Shown one piece after another: positions 9,421 to 18,494 of a stretch of DNA of 32,000 nucleotides. How positions within the stretch are numbered: the first letter of the stretch is position 1; each line of letters begins with the position of its first letter. The DNA lies in contig NZ_CP025989.1 of NCBI RefSeq assembly GCF_003072485.1, forward strand, positions 600,001 to 632,000, read 5' to 3'. The notes below the pieces were generated by a model. The model searched no databases and was not told the origin of the DNA. It was given only the letters and a program-made list of their open reading frames with translations. The translations under genes were made by a program, and so were the position numbers. This DNA is from Candidatus Fokinia solitaria (GTDB lineage: Bacteria; Pseudomonadota; Alphaproteobacteria; Rickettsiales; Midichloriaceae).

Positions 9421-10443
9421 TTACAACGTATTAAGCGATTCAAAATACTTTATACCTTCAAAAGTAGCAATCCGACCTCTAGGAGTTTTAGTAATAAAGC
9501 CTATTTGTATCAAGTATGGTTCTATATCATCTTCTACAGTGTCTACGGATTCGGAAAGAGCTGTCGCTATACTTTCAATACCTATAGGAGTACCACGACA
9601 ATACTTTATAAGGTACGTCATATATTTGTAATCCAAGCTATCTAATCCTATATGATCAACTTTCAAAGCTGATAATGCGTCTTTTACCATATCGCAAGAT
9701 ATTGCAACACTGATGCCATTTTTTATCTCGCACAAATCTCTTATCCTCCTTAATAACCTTATTGAGATTCTTGGAGTACCACGCGAAGCATTTGCTATAG
9801 CTTTGCATCCATCTTTCTCTATCATCATACCAAGCCGACATGATGTGTTTTTTACAATCAATTCCAATTCTTCTACAGGATAAAAATCCAATTTTAGCGG
9901 AATACCAAATCTATCTTTTAAGGGCTTTGTCAGCATTCCCGTGCGAGTCGTTGCACCAATAAATGTGAAACGCGGTATTTGCATCCTATAAGATTTTGCG
10001 GTAGGACCATCTCCTATAATGAGATCTATATAAAAAGACTCAAGCGCAGAGTATAAAACTTCCTCCACACTTTTGTTCATTCTGTGTATTTCATCCACGA
10101 ATAATACTTCATTGGCTTTTAGATTAGTCAATATAGCAGCAAGTTCTCCTACTTTATTTATCAAAGGGCCAGACATTGCTTTGATATTCACATCCAGCTC
10201 ATTTGCAATAATGTGAGATAATGTAGTTTTCCCTAAACCAGGAGGACCATATATCAGTATATGATCTAAGGGCTCTCCTCTGTTTCTAGCAGCCTGTATG
10301 AAGATCTGCAGATTTTCCATATTGCTCGCCTGTCCAACAAAGTCTTTTAAATACTTAGGGCGCGTTGCAAATTCTCCTGTACTATCCTGCGCACTTGAGT
10401 TACGCACTGGAAAAGTCACTTCATTAATACCGCTTTTCTTCAT
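9421..10443 (-). CDS. ruvB: Holliday junction branch-migration DNA helicase RuvB
   Basis: 'RPKYLKDFVGQ', Walker A 'YGPPGLGKTTLSHIIANE', Walker B 'VLFVDEIHRM', 'FTFIGATTRTGMLTKPLKDRFGI' and 'RGTPRISIRLLRR'. Confidence 0.97.
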   Translation of the reverse strand: MKKSGINEVTFPVRNSSAQDSTGEFATRPKYLKDFVGQASNMENLQIFIQAARNRGEPLDHILIYGPPGLGKTTLSHIIANELDVNIKAMSGPLINKVGELAAILTNLKANEVLFVDEIHRMNKSVEEVLYSALESFYIDLIIGDGPTAKSYRMQIPRFTFIGATTRTGMLTKPLKDRFGIPLKLDFYPVEELELIVKNTSCRLGMMIEKDGCKAIANASRGTPRISIRLLRRIRDLCEIKNGISVAISCDMVKDALSALKVDHIGLDSLDYKYMTYLIKYCRGTPIGIESIATALSESVDTVEDDIEPYLIQIGFITKTPRGRIATFEGIKYFESLNTL

Positions 10444-11963
10444 AACAAAAACTTACGAAAGAAGACAGTCACTATTTCTACTTTCATAATTCTCATCAAA
10501 ACAAAGTAGAAACATGCGAGGAGAAAAATAGAAAAACATAATGCTAGCAGATTATCTATAACATAGATACTTTTCAACATCAGTATAGCAATACCAAAAA
10601 TTACACCACACAGAAACAGTTTTGAACATTCCTTGAAAAAATGCTTACCGATACTGATATAATCCTTCTTCAGTGAATAACAAAATAATATTATTACTTC
10701 TACTACTGAAGAGATCGGAGAAGACATTATCGCTGCTTTCTCATTATAAAATGGAGATAGCAAAGTTATCATCACTATCTGTACAGCAATACCTACCAAC
10801 GCTACTACCACCGGCATCACAGTATTATGCATGGCATAAAATATTGTAATAAGCAGCCTTACCATAATCGCTGGTAGTACTATAAAGGAAAGTACTTTTA
10901 ACATCAGTCCTGAATGTAATATCGAATTCTCATCAAAGGCACCATAACCTAAAAGATATCTTATTAACTCTGTACTAAAGAAATAAATGCCTATGGCAGA
11001 TGAAACACCAAGTGCAATGCTCCAAATCATTCCTCTTTCTATAAGCAGAGACATACTTTTACTAGTGCATTGCCTTTTCTCGGAGAGTGCATTCGGTATT
11101 AGTGGTAATATAATTGTACCAAGAGTAGTACCAATTAACGCTATAGGAAGCTGTACGATTCTATCGGCAAAATAAAAATACGAGATCGAATTTTGATAAC
11201 GAGATAAGTAAAACATCGTGATGTAACAACTTACTTGTCGCAACATCGCATATGCTATATTACGAAAAAATTTCGTACGAAAGATACTAAGACACTGATG
11301 TAAAGGCATAGAGTAAGATAAGTTTACACCTTTCTTTTTAAGCCAATACCGCATCCAAATGAATTCCAGAAAACCCCCTAATACTACAGTATACGCAAGA
11401 TATCGTAATGCTGACTTTAGCTCATGATCATATAGCATAATCAAATATAAAACAGCTATAAGTACGAGATTTAATATTATTGGCGTAAAGGGGTAATATT
11501 GGTAAAATTTCATAGAATTAAGAATACCACCGTAAAAACAAGCCAGAGACATGAAGAACAGATATATAAAAACTATTCTTGCAGTGCTAACCGTTGCTAC
11601 GCAGGCATTAGAGTTATTACAAAGTCCAGGAGATAGAATCTTGATTATTGATGGCATCAGTATCTCATGCAGCGACAATACAACAATTGAAATGAATATT
11701 AATATAAAATGAAGCTGCCCTAACAATCTCTCTTCTCCATCAATACGTCTTTTTCTGATATCGCTTAAAGTCGGAATTAGTGCATTATTAAACGCACCAT
11801 CACCTAATATACTTCTCCAAAAAAACGGCAATCTTAGTGCTAATATAAATACATCACTTATAAAACCTATTCCTACTACTGTACCTAAACAATAATCTCT
11901 AAAATAACCTATAATACGTGAAAGAAATGTTATACTTCCTAGCTTTAGTGCGCGACCAAACAT
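10440..11963 (-). CDS. murJ: Lipid II flippase MurJ (MviN family)
   Basis: 'TFLSRIIGYFRDYCLGTVVG', 'ISDVFILALRLPFFWRSILGDGAFNNALIPTL' and many transmembrane segments. Overlaps ruvB by 4 nt (ATGA). Confidence 0.94.
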   Translation of the reverse strand: MFGRALKLGSITFLSRIIGYFRDYCLGTVVGIGFISDVFILALRLPFFWRSILGDGAFNNALIPTLSDIRKRRIDGEERLLGQLHFILIFISIVVLSLHEILMPSIIKILSPGLCNNSNACVATVSTARIVFIYLFFMSLACFYGGILNSMKFYQYYPFTPIILNLVLIAVLYLIMLYDHELKSALRYLAYTVVLGGFLEFIWMRYWLKKKGVNLSYSMPLHQCLSIFRTKFFRNIAYAMLRQVSCYITMFYLSRYQNSISYFYFADRIVQLPIALIGTTLGTIILPLIPNALSEKRQCTSKSMSLLIERGMIWSIALGVSSAIGIYFFSTELIRYLLGYGAFDENSILHSGLMLKVLSFIVLPAIMVRLLITIFYAMHNTVMPVVVALVGIAVQIVMITLLSPFYNEKAAIMSSPISSVVEVIILFCYSLKKDYISIGKHFFKECSKLFLCGVIFGIAILMLKSIYVIDNLLALCFSIFLLACFYFVLMRIMKVEIVTVFFRKFLL

Positions 11964-12052
11964 CCTTTTTTACTTGAAAAACTCTACTTCTCATTATATA
12001 AAACTTACTATACTTCGTCAGTGTATTTAAGTCGAGTAAAGAGCACAATAGC

Positions 12053-13192
12053 GTGAGTAATAGACATCTCAAAAGTGACATACTGTCAACGAAATTACCA
12101 TCTATGGATTATCTCACGGTAGTAGTGACATTTATATTGTGCGGAATAGGATTATTGCTTCTCAGCACTGCAAGTCCAGCAAGTACACAGAGATTAAGCA
12201 TCTCTGAACCGTTTCACTTCTTTCATAGACAGCTTGTCTTCACACTCATAGGCTTTGTGGTACTCTTTGCAACTGCATTCGCAAACAGGACATTTTATAC
12301 AAAAGTAGCTTATGTGTGCTTTATAATAGGAGTAGCGTTATTACTTGCAGTGCTCGTTTTCGGTGAAGTTGTGAACGGCTCTAAAAGATGGCTTAACATC
12401 TTAGGCTTTTCCATACAACCGACAGAACTTTTGAAGCCGTTTTACGTTATTGTGATAGCACGTCTTATGTCAAAGGATGACTTTGTAGACAATGCTCATT
12501 ACGTCTTTCTATTTCATGCAGTAATAGCACTATTGATAGTGGTGCAACCGGATTTTGGTATGGCAATGACGTTTACTGCAGTATTTTTCATGCAGCTGCT
12601 ATGTTCTAATTTATCTTTTTCCTCCTTAACGAGATATATACTACTTACATCATCCATACTGCCTTTGGCGTACATCACTCTTCCTCATGTAAGAAAAAGA
12701 GTAGCATTATTTTTACGTCCTAATACAGATCAGTTATCGCTTGGATATCAATCTACAAAATCGATGCTGTCATATATAAAAGGTAGCTGGTTCGGCTCAG
12801 GGCTTGGAGAAGGAAAAATCAAATATCAACTACCGGATTCTCATACTGATTATATATTTGCAGTAGCGGCTGAGGAATTCGGTGCAATCTTATGTTGTGT
12901 AGTCGTAATGCTTTACGCAATCGTAGTAACAAGAGGTATGATAAAAGCAATACGCTCTACAGATAAATTTTGCATGCTAGTCATTATAGGATGCATCGGA
13001 TATATCGCATTTCAATCAATATTTAATATATCTGTTACACTTTCAATATTACCTAGTAAAGGTATGACATTACCTTTGATTAGTTATGGCGGTTCAGCTA
13101 TGATTGGAACATGCGTTTTACTTGGCACTTATCTTAATTACTCAAAGCAGATAATATCCAAGAAAAGAATAAATGCGCATATTCACATGTAA
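12053..13192 (+). CDS. ftsW: Peptidoglycan glycosyltransferase FtsW (SEDS family)
   Basis: 'NGSKRWLNILGFSIQPTELLKPFYVI', 'QPDFGMAM', 'GYQSTKSMLSYIKGSWFGSGLGEG', 'LPDSHTDYIFAVAAEEFG' and 'GMTLPLISYGGSAMIG'. Confidence 0.94.
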   Translation: MSNRHLKSDILSTKLPSMDYLTVVVTFILCGIGLLLLSTASPASTQRLSISEPFHFFHRQLVFTLIGFVVLFATAFANRTFYTKVAYVCFIIGVALLLAVLVFGEVVNGSKRWLNILGFSIQPTELLKPFYVIVIARLMSKDDFVDNAHYVFLFHAVIALLIVVQPDFGMAMTFTAVFFMQLLCSNLSFSSLTRYILLTSSILPLAYITLPHVRKRVALFLRPNTDQLSLGYQSTKSMLSYIKGSWFGSGLGEGKIKYQLPDSHTDYIFAVAAEEFGAILCCVVVMLYAIVVTRGMIKAIRSTDKFCMLVIIGCIGYIAFQSIFNISVTLSILPSKGMTLPLISYGGSAMIGTCVLLGTYLNYSKQIISKKRINAHIHM

Positions 13193-13204
13193 GGATACTA
13201 AGAA

Positions 13205-13687
13205 ATGAATGAGAAAGACACTCTCTTGAAGTTTCAAAATAATCTTCAAGAACTATCCGATCTTACTAAAGAATTGGACAAAGAAGGTACTCCTCTCTCT
13301 CGTATCATAGAACTTTATGAGAAAGGAACAAAGTTATGTAATGAATGTTACATTCTTTTCGAAAGCGCAAAAAAAATCGTAGAAACACTCCAAAATGCTC
13401 AACAAGTCGATATAACTTCCGAAACGAAGGCGTTCTCTTTCGAAAAAGCATATAAGAAAATAGAGGAAATATCACAAGAAAGTACCGATAAACTTGGAGA
13501 AGCTTTCGAGAAAGCACGCATGGTACGTGAATTAAAAGCACACTGTGATAACTTGTTAAGCGCTATGAAGGTAAAAATACTCGAGATAAAATCAGATGAT
13601 GGCTCAACTACCGTAAAAAAATCTGACCTGCAGGATAAATATCTTCAAAATTATAGCAACGATACAGATAACGAATATCCGCTTTAA
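13205..13687 (+). CDS. xseB: Exodeoxyribonuclease VII small subunit-like protein, about twice normal length with two XseB-like halves
   Basis: N-half 'FQNNLQELSDLTKELDKEGTPLSRIIELYEKGTKLCNECYILFESAKKIVETL' fits XseB. C-half 'FEKAYKKIEEISQESTDKLGEAFEKARMVRELKAHCDNLLSAMKVKILEI' also fits the XseB pattern. Confidence 0.65.
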   Translation: MNEKDTLLKFQNNLQELSDLTKELDKEGTPLSRIIELYEKGTKLCNECYILFESAKKIVETLQNAQQVDITSETKAFSFEKAYKKIEEISQESTDKLGEAFEKARMVRELKAHCDNLLSAMKVKILEIKSDDGSTTVKKSDLQDKYLQNYSNDTDNEYPL

Positions 13688-13688
13688 C

Positions 13689-14903
13689 ATGGCATGCTGT
13701 AAAAAAATTAAAAACAGCAGTGCGCTTTTGTTTTTAGCCGCTTTACTGCTTGGAATACTAGCTGGCATTACTCGTATTGATTATGCACTTACGATCTCGG
13801 AAGTAGTCGCTGAAATATTCATGCGAATCTTCAAGTGTCTCAGCATACCCGTGATTTGTACTGTACTAATCTCAACTATTACCAACATAGACAGCACAAC
13901 AGCAAAAAGACTCACAATTCGCGTAGTATCATACTCTGTCATTACGACATTACTCTCCGCACTTGTAGCATTGACACTGTATACCATTATTATGAAGCCG
14001 CAACATCATAATGAAATAACTACAGAAAGTATCAATATAGGGAGTAGTACTACATATTCACAGCATATTATAAATAGTTTTCCTTCGCACATATACGCAC
14101 CATTTATAGAATATAACGTTGTTGGTGCATTAATCATTGCGCTCGCATTTGGTTTCGGCATCAAAATCTTTGAGAGAAGTAACGGAAGCAGCACTATAAA
14201 GAACGTCATTAATGATATAAAAGACGTATTCATGATTATTACGAGATGGCTCATAAATATCTTACCTATAGGAGTATTCGCCTTTACAACATTGGCAGTT
14301 GTCAAATTTAACGTAAGCGATGTCAATGACGGAATAGCTAGATACATAGGAGTAGTGGTAGGCGCTAACTTAGTACAGGGATTTCTGATATTACCTGCGT
14401 TATTAATATTTCATAGAATATCACCACTAACAACGTTAAAAAATTCAACTTTAGCTCTATCTACCGCATTTTTTTCAAAATCCTCTAGCGGCACTTTGCC
14501 TATTACGATGCAAGTAGCAGAAGATAAATTAGGTATAAGTAATGCTGTCAGTAAGTTCATATTACCACTATGTACAAGCATTAACATGAACGGATGTGCT
14601 GCTTTTATATTTACCACGACAATATTTATCATGGAAAGTAACGGCATTCACATTTCTTTTTCAGAAATGATGCTTTGGGCTATGATAGCTACAGTAGCAG
14701 CAATAGGAAATGCAGGTATACCAATGGGATGCTTTTTCCTAAGCTTCAGTTTGTTGTCAAGTATGAATCTCGATATCTCATTACTCAGCGTTATATTACC
14801 GCTTTACACGATATTCGATATGATAGAAACTGCACTAAACGTTTGGTCGGACATTTGTATCACAAAAATCATAGATACAAAAGATAGAATAATAAGCGCT
14901 TAA
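13689..14903 (+). CDS. Dicarboxylate/amino acid:cation symporter (DAACS family)
   Basis: 'IFMRIFKCLSIPVICTVLISTITNI', 'FFSKSSSGTLPITMQVAEDKLGISNAVSKFILPLCTSINMNGCAAF' and 'AIGNAGIPMGCFF' are DAACS signatures. Confidence 0.88.
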   Translation: MACCKKIKNSSALLFLAALLLGILAGITRIDYALTISEVVAEIFMRIFKCLSIPVICTVLISTITNIDSTTAKRLTIRVVSYSVITTLLSALVALTLYTIIMKPQHHNEITTESINIGSSTTYSQHIINSFPSHIYAPFIEYNVVGALIIALAFGFGIKIFERSNGSSTIKNVINDIKDVFMIITRWLINILPIGVFAFTTLAVVKFNVSDVNDGIARYIGVVVGANLVQGFLILPALLIFHRISPLTTLKNSTLALSTAFFSKSSSGTLPITMQVAEDKLGISNAVSKFILPLCTSINMNGCAAFIFTTTIFIMESNGIHISFSEMMLWAMIATVAAIGNAGIPMGCFFLSFSLLSSMNLDISLLSVILPLYTIFDMIETALNVWSDICITKIIDTKDRIISA

Positions 14904-15038
14904 TAGATCTCATTATTTATATGAAGTTTTGCGTTATTTTTTTCGCATATAAATTTATAAGATAGAATGTATTGCTTTTTCTTGTCATAATGTATAGTTA
15001 TTTGATACATGCGCTGTGCGTGTTTGTCGTACAGCAAG

Positions 15039-15114
15039 AGGAGTGTAGCTCAATAGGTAGAGCGTCGGTCTCCAAAACCGAAGGTTGGGGGTTCGAAACC
15101 TCTCGCTCCTGCCA
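15039..15114 (+). tRNA. tRNA-Trp (anticodon CCA), CCA end encoded
   Basis: Cloverleaf folded by eye: acceptor AGGAGTG/CGCTCCT, D-arm GCTC-AATAGGTA-GAGC, anticodon stem TCGGT-CTCCAAA-ACCGA, T-arm GGGGG-TTCGAAA-CCTCT with two GU pairs, discriminator G, then CCA. Confidence 0.95.
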
Positions 15115-15139
15115 ATATTCTATTGATTGTTTTTAAAAT

Positions 15140-15694
15140 ATGGCAGTTACGTCCTCTACAATATTGAATTCTCAAATAGCGCACGATTTCATGCTTCCAG
15201 CAACTAACGGGAAGATATACGGACTCAATGATATAGCTTTGAGAAAAGGCTTCGTGATAGCTTTTATATGCAATCATTGTCCATATGTGAAGTCCATCAT
15301 AGAAAAACTAGTAGTACTTGATAGAGATTTGGCAGATATAGATATCGGCCTCGCTTGCATCAATTCAAATGATGAAATTGAATATCCTGAAGATTCGTTT
15401 GATATGATGAAAAAGTTCGTAGATGAACACAGTATAAGCTTTCCGTATTTACGCGATCAGGATCAAGAAGTTGCGAAAAGGTATGGCGCTGTATGCACTC
15501 CGGATTTCTTCGGATACAATGCAGATAGAATGCTTGTTTATAAAGGACGTTTAGATGCTTCTCAAAAAAATAATATACACGATGCAGAGAGAGAGTTGTT
15601 TAATGCAATGTGGGAAGTAGCGCAAAGCGGCAATTTTACGGGCGTTCAGAATGCAAGTATAGGCTGTTCAATAAAGTGGAAAAAGAGTACATGA
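15140..15694 (+). CDS. Thioredoxin-fold/AhpC-TSA-like redoxin family protein
   Basis: 'FMLPATNGKIYGLNDI', 'GFVIAFICNHCPYVKSI' (CxxC), 'DEHSISFPYLRDQDQEVAKRYGAVCTPDFFGYNAD' and 'LVYKGRLD'. Confidence 0.88.
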   Translation: MAVTSSTILNSQIAHDFMLPATNGKIYGLNDIALRKGFVIAFICNHCPYVKSIIEKLVVLDRDLADIDIGLACINSNDEIEYPEDSFDMMKKFVDEHSISFPYLRDQDQEVAKRYGAVCTPDFFGYNADRMLVYKGRLDASQKNNIHDAERELFNAMWEVAQSGNFTGVQNASIGCSIKWKKST

Positions 15695-15880
15695 ACTATT
15701 TAACTTTTAATACTACTCTAAATTTCATCTTTTAAATTCTTGTGTCGTGATAGTACAAAACTACGTATTTCCTTACTTCTTCCAACATTATAGTACGTAG
15801 CGCTACAGTTAATCATTTCTGATACAGTTGTTTTATCGGTTTTTTCGCCATAGTACTAATTTCGCTACAATACTACTATA

Positions 15881-15901
15881 AGAGAACACACTCTGTTCTT
15901 C
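15881..15901. repeat. Short inverted repeat / potential hairpin
   Basis: GAGAACA (15882-15888) - CACTC - TGTTCTT (15894-15900): 6 Watson-Crick pairs plus one GU. No T-tract follows. Confidence 0.4.
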
Positions 15902-15911
15902 TCAAAATTAC

Positions 15912-15940
15912 AATAACCAAAGTATCAAGGTTATTTGATA
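15912..15940. repeat. Overlapping alternative hairpins
   Basis: AATAACC (15912-15918)/GGTTATT (15929-15935), and TATCAA (15923-15928)/TTGATA (15935-15940). The two perfect stems overlap, so they are mutually exclusive. Confidence 0.4.
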
Positions 15941-16126
15941 TTCTTGTAATGAAAAATCTTTCATTAAAGATATTCATATAACATTTTCAAAATTCAACTC
16001 TTAGTCACAAGCAGCGCACGCTCTTCTAAAAAGTAATCTTTTACTCATGCATTGCATATCGACGCAATACCTTCGAAAAATAAAGTTAAAAAATTATATA
16101 TATCTGCTTTCAGCATAACGAAAAAA

Positions 16127-16152
16127 ATATCACCGTGATATCATAGTGATAT
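16127..16152. repeat. Palindrome plus extra half-site upstream of dksA
   Basis: ATATCAC (16127-16133) C GTGATAT (16135-16141) cata GTGATAT (16146-16152). Confidence 0.5.
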
Positions 16153-16349
16153 GATTTTTAGAACATTTTTGCACGATTATTAGTAGCAAATATTACATAT
16201 ATTTTTTTTAATTTGCCTTGAAATAGTCTTCTTTTTATTGTAGAAAGAACTGAACAATTTTGAATCATACACAATTATGCGTTTATAGTAGCATGTTATC
16301 ACATACAGAGATTATGAAGTACGCTTCTTCGCTGAAGGGTGAAGATTAC

Positions 16350-16709
16350 ATGAATGAAATACAGATCGCCTTTTTTAAAAAGGTACTACTGAAATTGAAA
16401 GAAGATGCATTATCTCAACGCTCTGATAATTTTTTACAAAATAGAATATCAAATTCATGCACCGTCATTACAGCAAGTAACTCTTTAATCGCAGAAATAA
16501 ATTTGGCATTAGATAGAATAAATGACAAAAGTTATGGTTATTGTTGTAAAAGTGGCCAAGAGATTGGATTAGAACGTTTACTGGCAAATCCTCTCGCCAC
16601 TCTCACAATAGAAGAGCAAGAAAAAGCAGAAAAAAGTCCTAAAAATAATGTTAAGCACTATACTGCAGTGCAATTCAGCCACGCATTACATGAAGTAGAA
16701 GAAGAATAG
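16350..16709 (+). CDS. dksA: DksA/TraR-family transcription factor (alphaproteobacterial type)
   Basis: 'EINLALDRINDKSYGYCCKSGQEIGLERLLANPLATLTIEEQEKAEK' matches DksA. The track start is 16260; the Met at 16350 is preceded by a purine-rich 'gaagggtgaag'. Confidence 0.8.
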   Translation: MNEIQIAFFKKVLLKLKEDALSQRSDNFLQNRISNSCTVITASNSLIAEINLALDRINDKSYGYCCKSGQEIGLERLLANPLATLTIEEQEKAEKSPKNNVKHYTAVQFSHALHEVEEE

Positions 16710-16807
16710 TAGCTATATTAATTACAGTATTACTGTTTATCAAAAGAAGTAGCATTATATCTATAGTGCGATTATAAGAAATTCCATCATATTCTATTAC
16801 AAATAAG

Positions 16808-18367
16808 TTAACTATCTCTTAACATATTATTACATTTTAGCACTTCTTCTGCATCACTTGTAACTAATTTATTATTTATTTTATACTCGTCACACCCTTG
16901 ACCAGCTATAACAAGTATATCGTTTTTACCTAATAACTCAAATCCGTACTTTATTGCTTCTTGTCTATCCGCTATGGAAATGCCATTCACACAACTCGTC
17001 ATTATTTCTCTTCTGATATCATCAGGCTTCTCCGAGCGCGGATTATCGTCTGTAATGATACAAATATCGGCATGTTCGTGACAGACTCGTCCTATAACAC
17101 TTCTTTTCATTCGATCTCTATCACCTCCGCATCCAAACACTATAATAACTTTAGAGTTTTCATTAAAATTGCTATCGCACATTATAAAATTCTTCACTTC
17201 AAGTAATAGAGTTAGCATAGCGTTTGCGGTATGTGCATAATCTACTATTACAACAGAATTAGTGTCATGCTTCGTGCAAATCACTTCATATCTTCCGGAC
17301 GGCACGATGATGTTTTGAATATTTTTTGCCGCAACATTAATCAATTCTATCAATTCATCATGCTTAAAAAATGCACTTATCAGCATACCGAACGCACACG
17401 CTATGTTTCGTATTTGAAATAGCGGTAAAAAGTGATGTGTAAAATGTACTACATGATTATGTGACTTTACGTTCTTTATGTTAAATATGACATCTTTTCC
17501 AATATGAAATTCTTCAATGGTAATATCAGATTCTTCATTTTGTCCATAAGTGATATATCTACTCTTATCAGCACGAAGAAACTGAAGTATCTCAGGATAA
17601 CATTCTATATCTCTGCTAAATACTACACATCTATCAGTATTTTTTACAAAGGTTTTTAAAAAACTTGCTTTAGTAGCAAAGTACTCTTCAACTGTGTGAT
17701 GGTAATCTAAATGATCTGAAGTGACATTTGTTAGCCCTATTGCTTCAAACACTACCTCATTTACTCGCGACTGTGCAATTGCATGGCTTGAAACTTCTAA
17801 CGTTGCATATTGAATGCCGCTTGCACTCAAATCATAGAGTATCTTGTGCAAAGTAAAAGCATCTGGTGTTGTGAGAGAGCTTACATCATTCTCATAAAAG
17901 TCTTGCATGGTAAATTTTGATATCTCTGGATGAAATTCGAATATCTTTACACCTATAGAACCTATGTATCCTACTTTTAAAAATTTTGTAGCTAAGATCT
18001 GCGCTAAAAAGATACAAGTAGATGTTTTTCCGTCGGTACCTGTAACACCAAACATTTTAGGTTGAATGTGATTATGAAGGCATGCAGCAATTTTGGATTT
18101 CGTTTCGTATATATTTTTAGAAATATATATAAATATCTCATTAAGGACGTCAATATTCATTAATTTATTAATGAACTTTTCAAACTCAATAATATTTAGA
18201 GGATTACTTATAATAACATATTGTGATGCCAAAATACGCTCAAAAGCTTCATTATTTCTGCTTTCTTCTGTACTATACTGAAAGAAATAAATGCTATCAT
18301 AAGTACTACCGTTATTTTTTATTGTTGCTATAATTTCTTCTTCGTCACATATAATATGCGTGTTCAT
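16808..18367 (-). CDS. murE: UDP-N-acetylmuramoyl-L-alanyl-D-glutamate--2,6-diaminopimelate ligase
   Basis: P-loop 'GVTGTDGKTSTCIFLAQIL', 'TLEVSSHAI', 'NVTSDHLDYHHTVEEYFATKASF', 'VIVDYAHTANAM' and 'DDNPRSEKPDDIRREI' (DNPR meso-DAP motif). Confidence 0.94.
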   Translation of the reverse strand: MNTHIICDEEEIIATIKNNGSTYDSIYFFQYSTEESRNNEAFERILASQYVIISNPLNIIEFEKFINKLMNIDVLNEIFIYISKNIYETKSKIAACLHNHIQPKMFGVTGTDGKTSTCIFLAQILATKFLKVGYIGSIGVKIFEFHPEISKFTMQDFYENDVSSLTTPDAFTLHKILYDLSASGIQYATLEVSSHAIAQSRVNEVVFEAIGLTNVTSDHLDYHHTVEEYFATKASFLKTFVKNTDRCVVFSRDIECYPEILQFLRADKSRYITYGQNEESDITIEEFHIGKDVIFNIKNVKSHNHVVHFTHHFLPLFQIRNIACAFGMLISAFFKHDELIELINVAAKNIQNIIVPSGRYEVICTKHDTNSVVIVDYAHTANAMLTLLLEVKNFIMCDSNFNENSKVIIVFGCGGDRDRMKRSVIGRVCHEHADICIITDDNPRSEKPDDIRREIMTSCVNGISIADRQEAIKYGFELLGKNDILVIAGQGCDEYKINNKLVTSDAEEVLKCNNMLRDS

Positions 18368-18494
18368 TTTTAACTTCTAACTAAACAGCGTTCGTTTTTC
18401 ACTGTTATGCTAGCACTTGAAATGCAAAATGTCATGACTTCCGTGCTTATAGTGTATCAGTATCTACTAGAGGCATAATATAAAGTTTATAAGT

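Noticed and set aside
9400-10489. Short ORFs on the plus strand over ruvB
   Set aside because: They are antisense to conserved RuvB motifs, with no independent evidence.
15050-15277. Minus-strand 75-aa ORF ending '...ILAGARGFEPPTFGFGDRRSTY'
   Set aside because: It is antisense to the tRNA-Trp gene. 'GARGFEPPTFG' is the well-known artefact of translating across a tRNA.
16350-16709. DksA with a 'broken' zinc finger (only CC in GYCCKSG), possibly a pseudogene
   Set aside because: Many alphaproteobacterial DksA-family proteins lack the four-Cys finger (YGYCxxTGEPIG...ATLSIEAQE form), so this looks like a normal variant.
16719-16735. Possible terminator hairpin 'ACAGTATTACTGT' between dksA and murE
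   Set aside because: The loop is only 3 nt, the stem is 5 bp and AT-rich, and there is no T-run; this is not enough to call a terminator.
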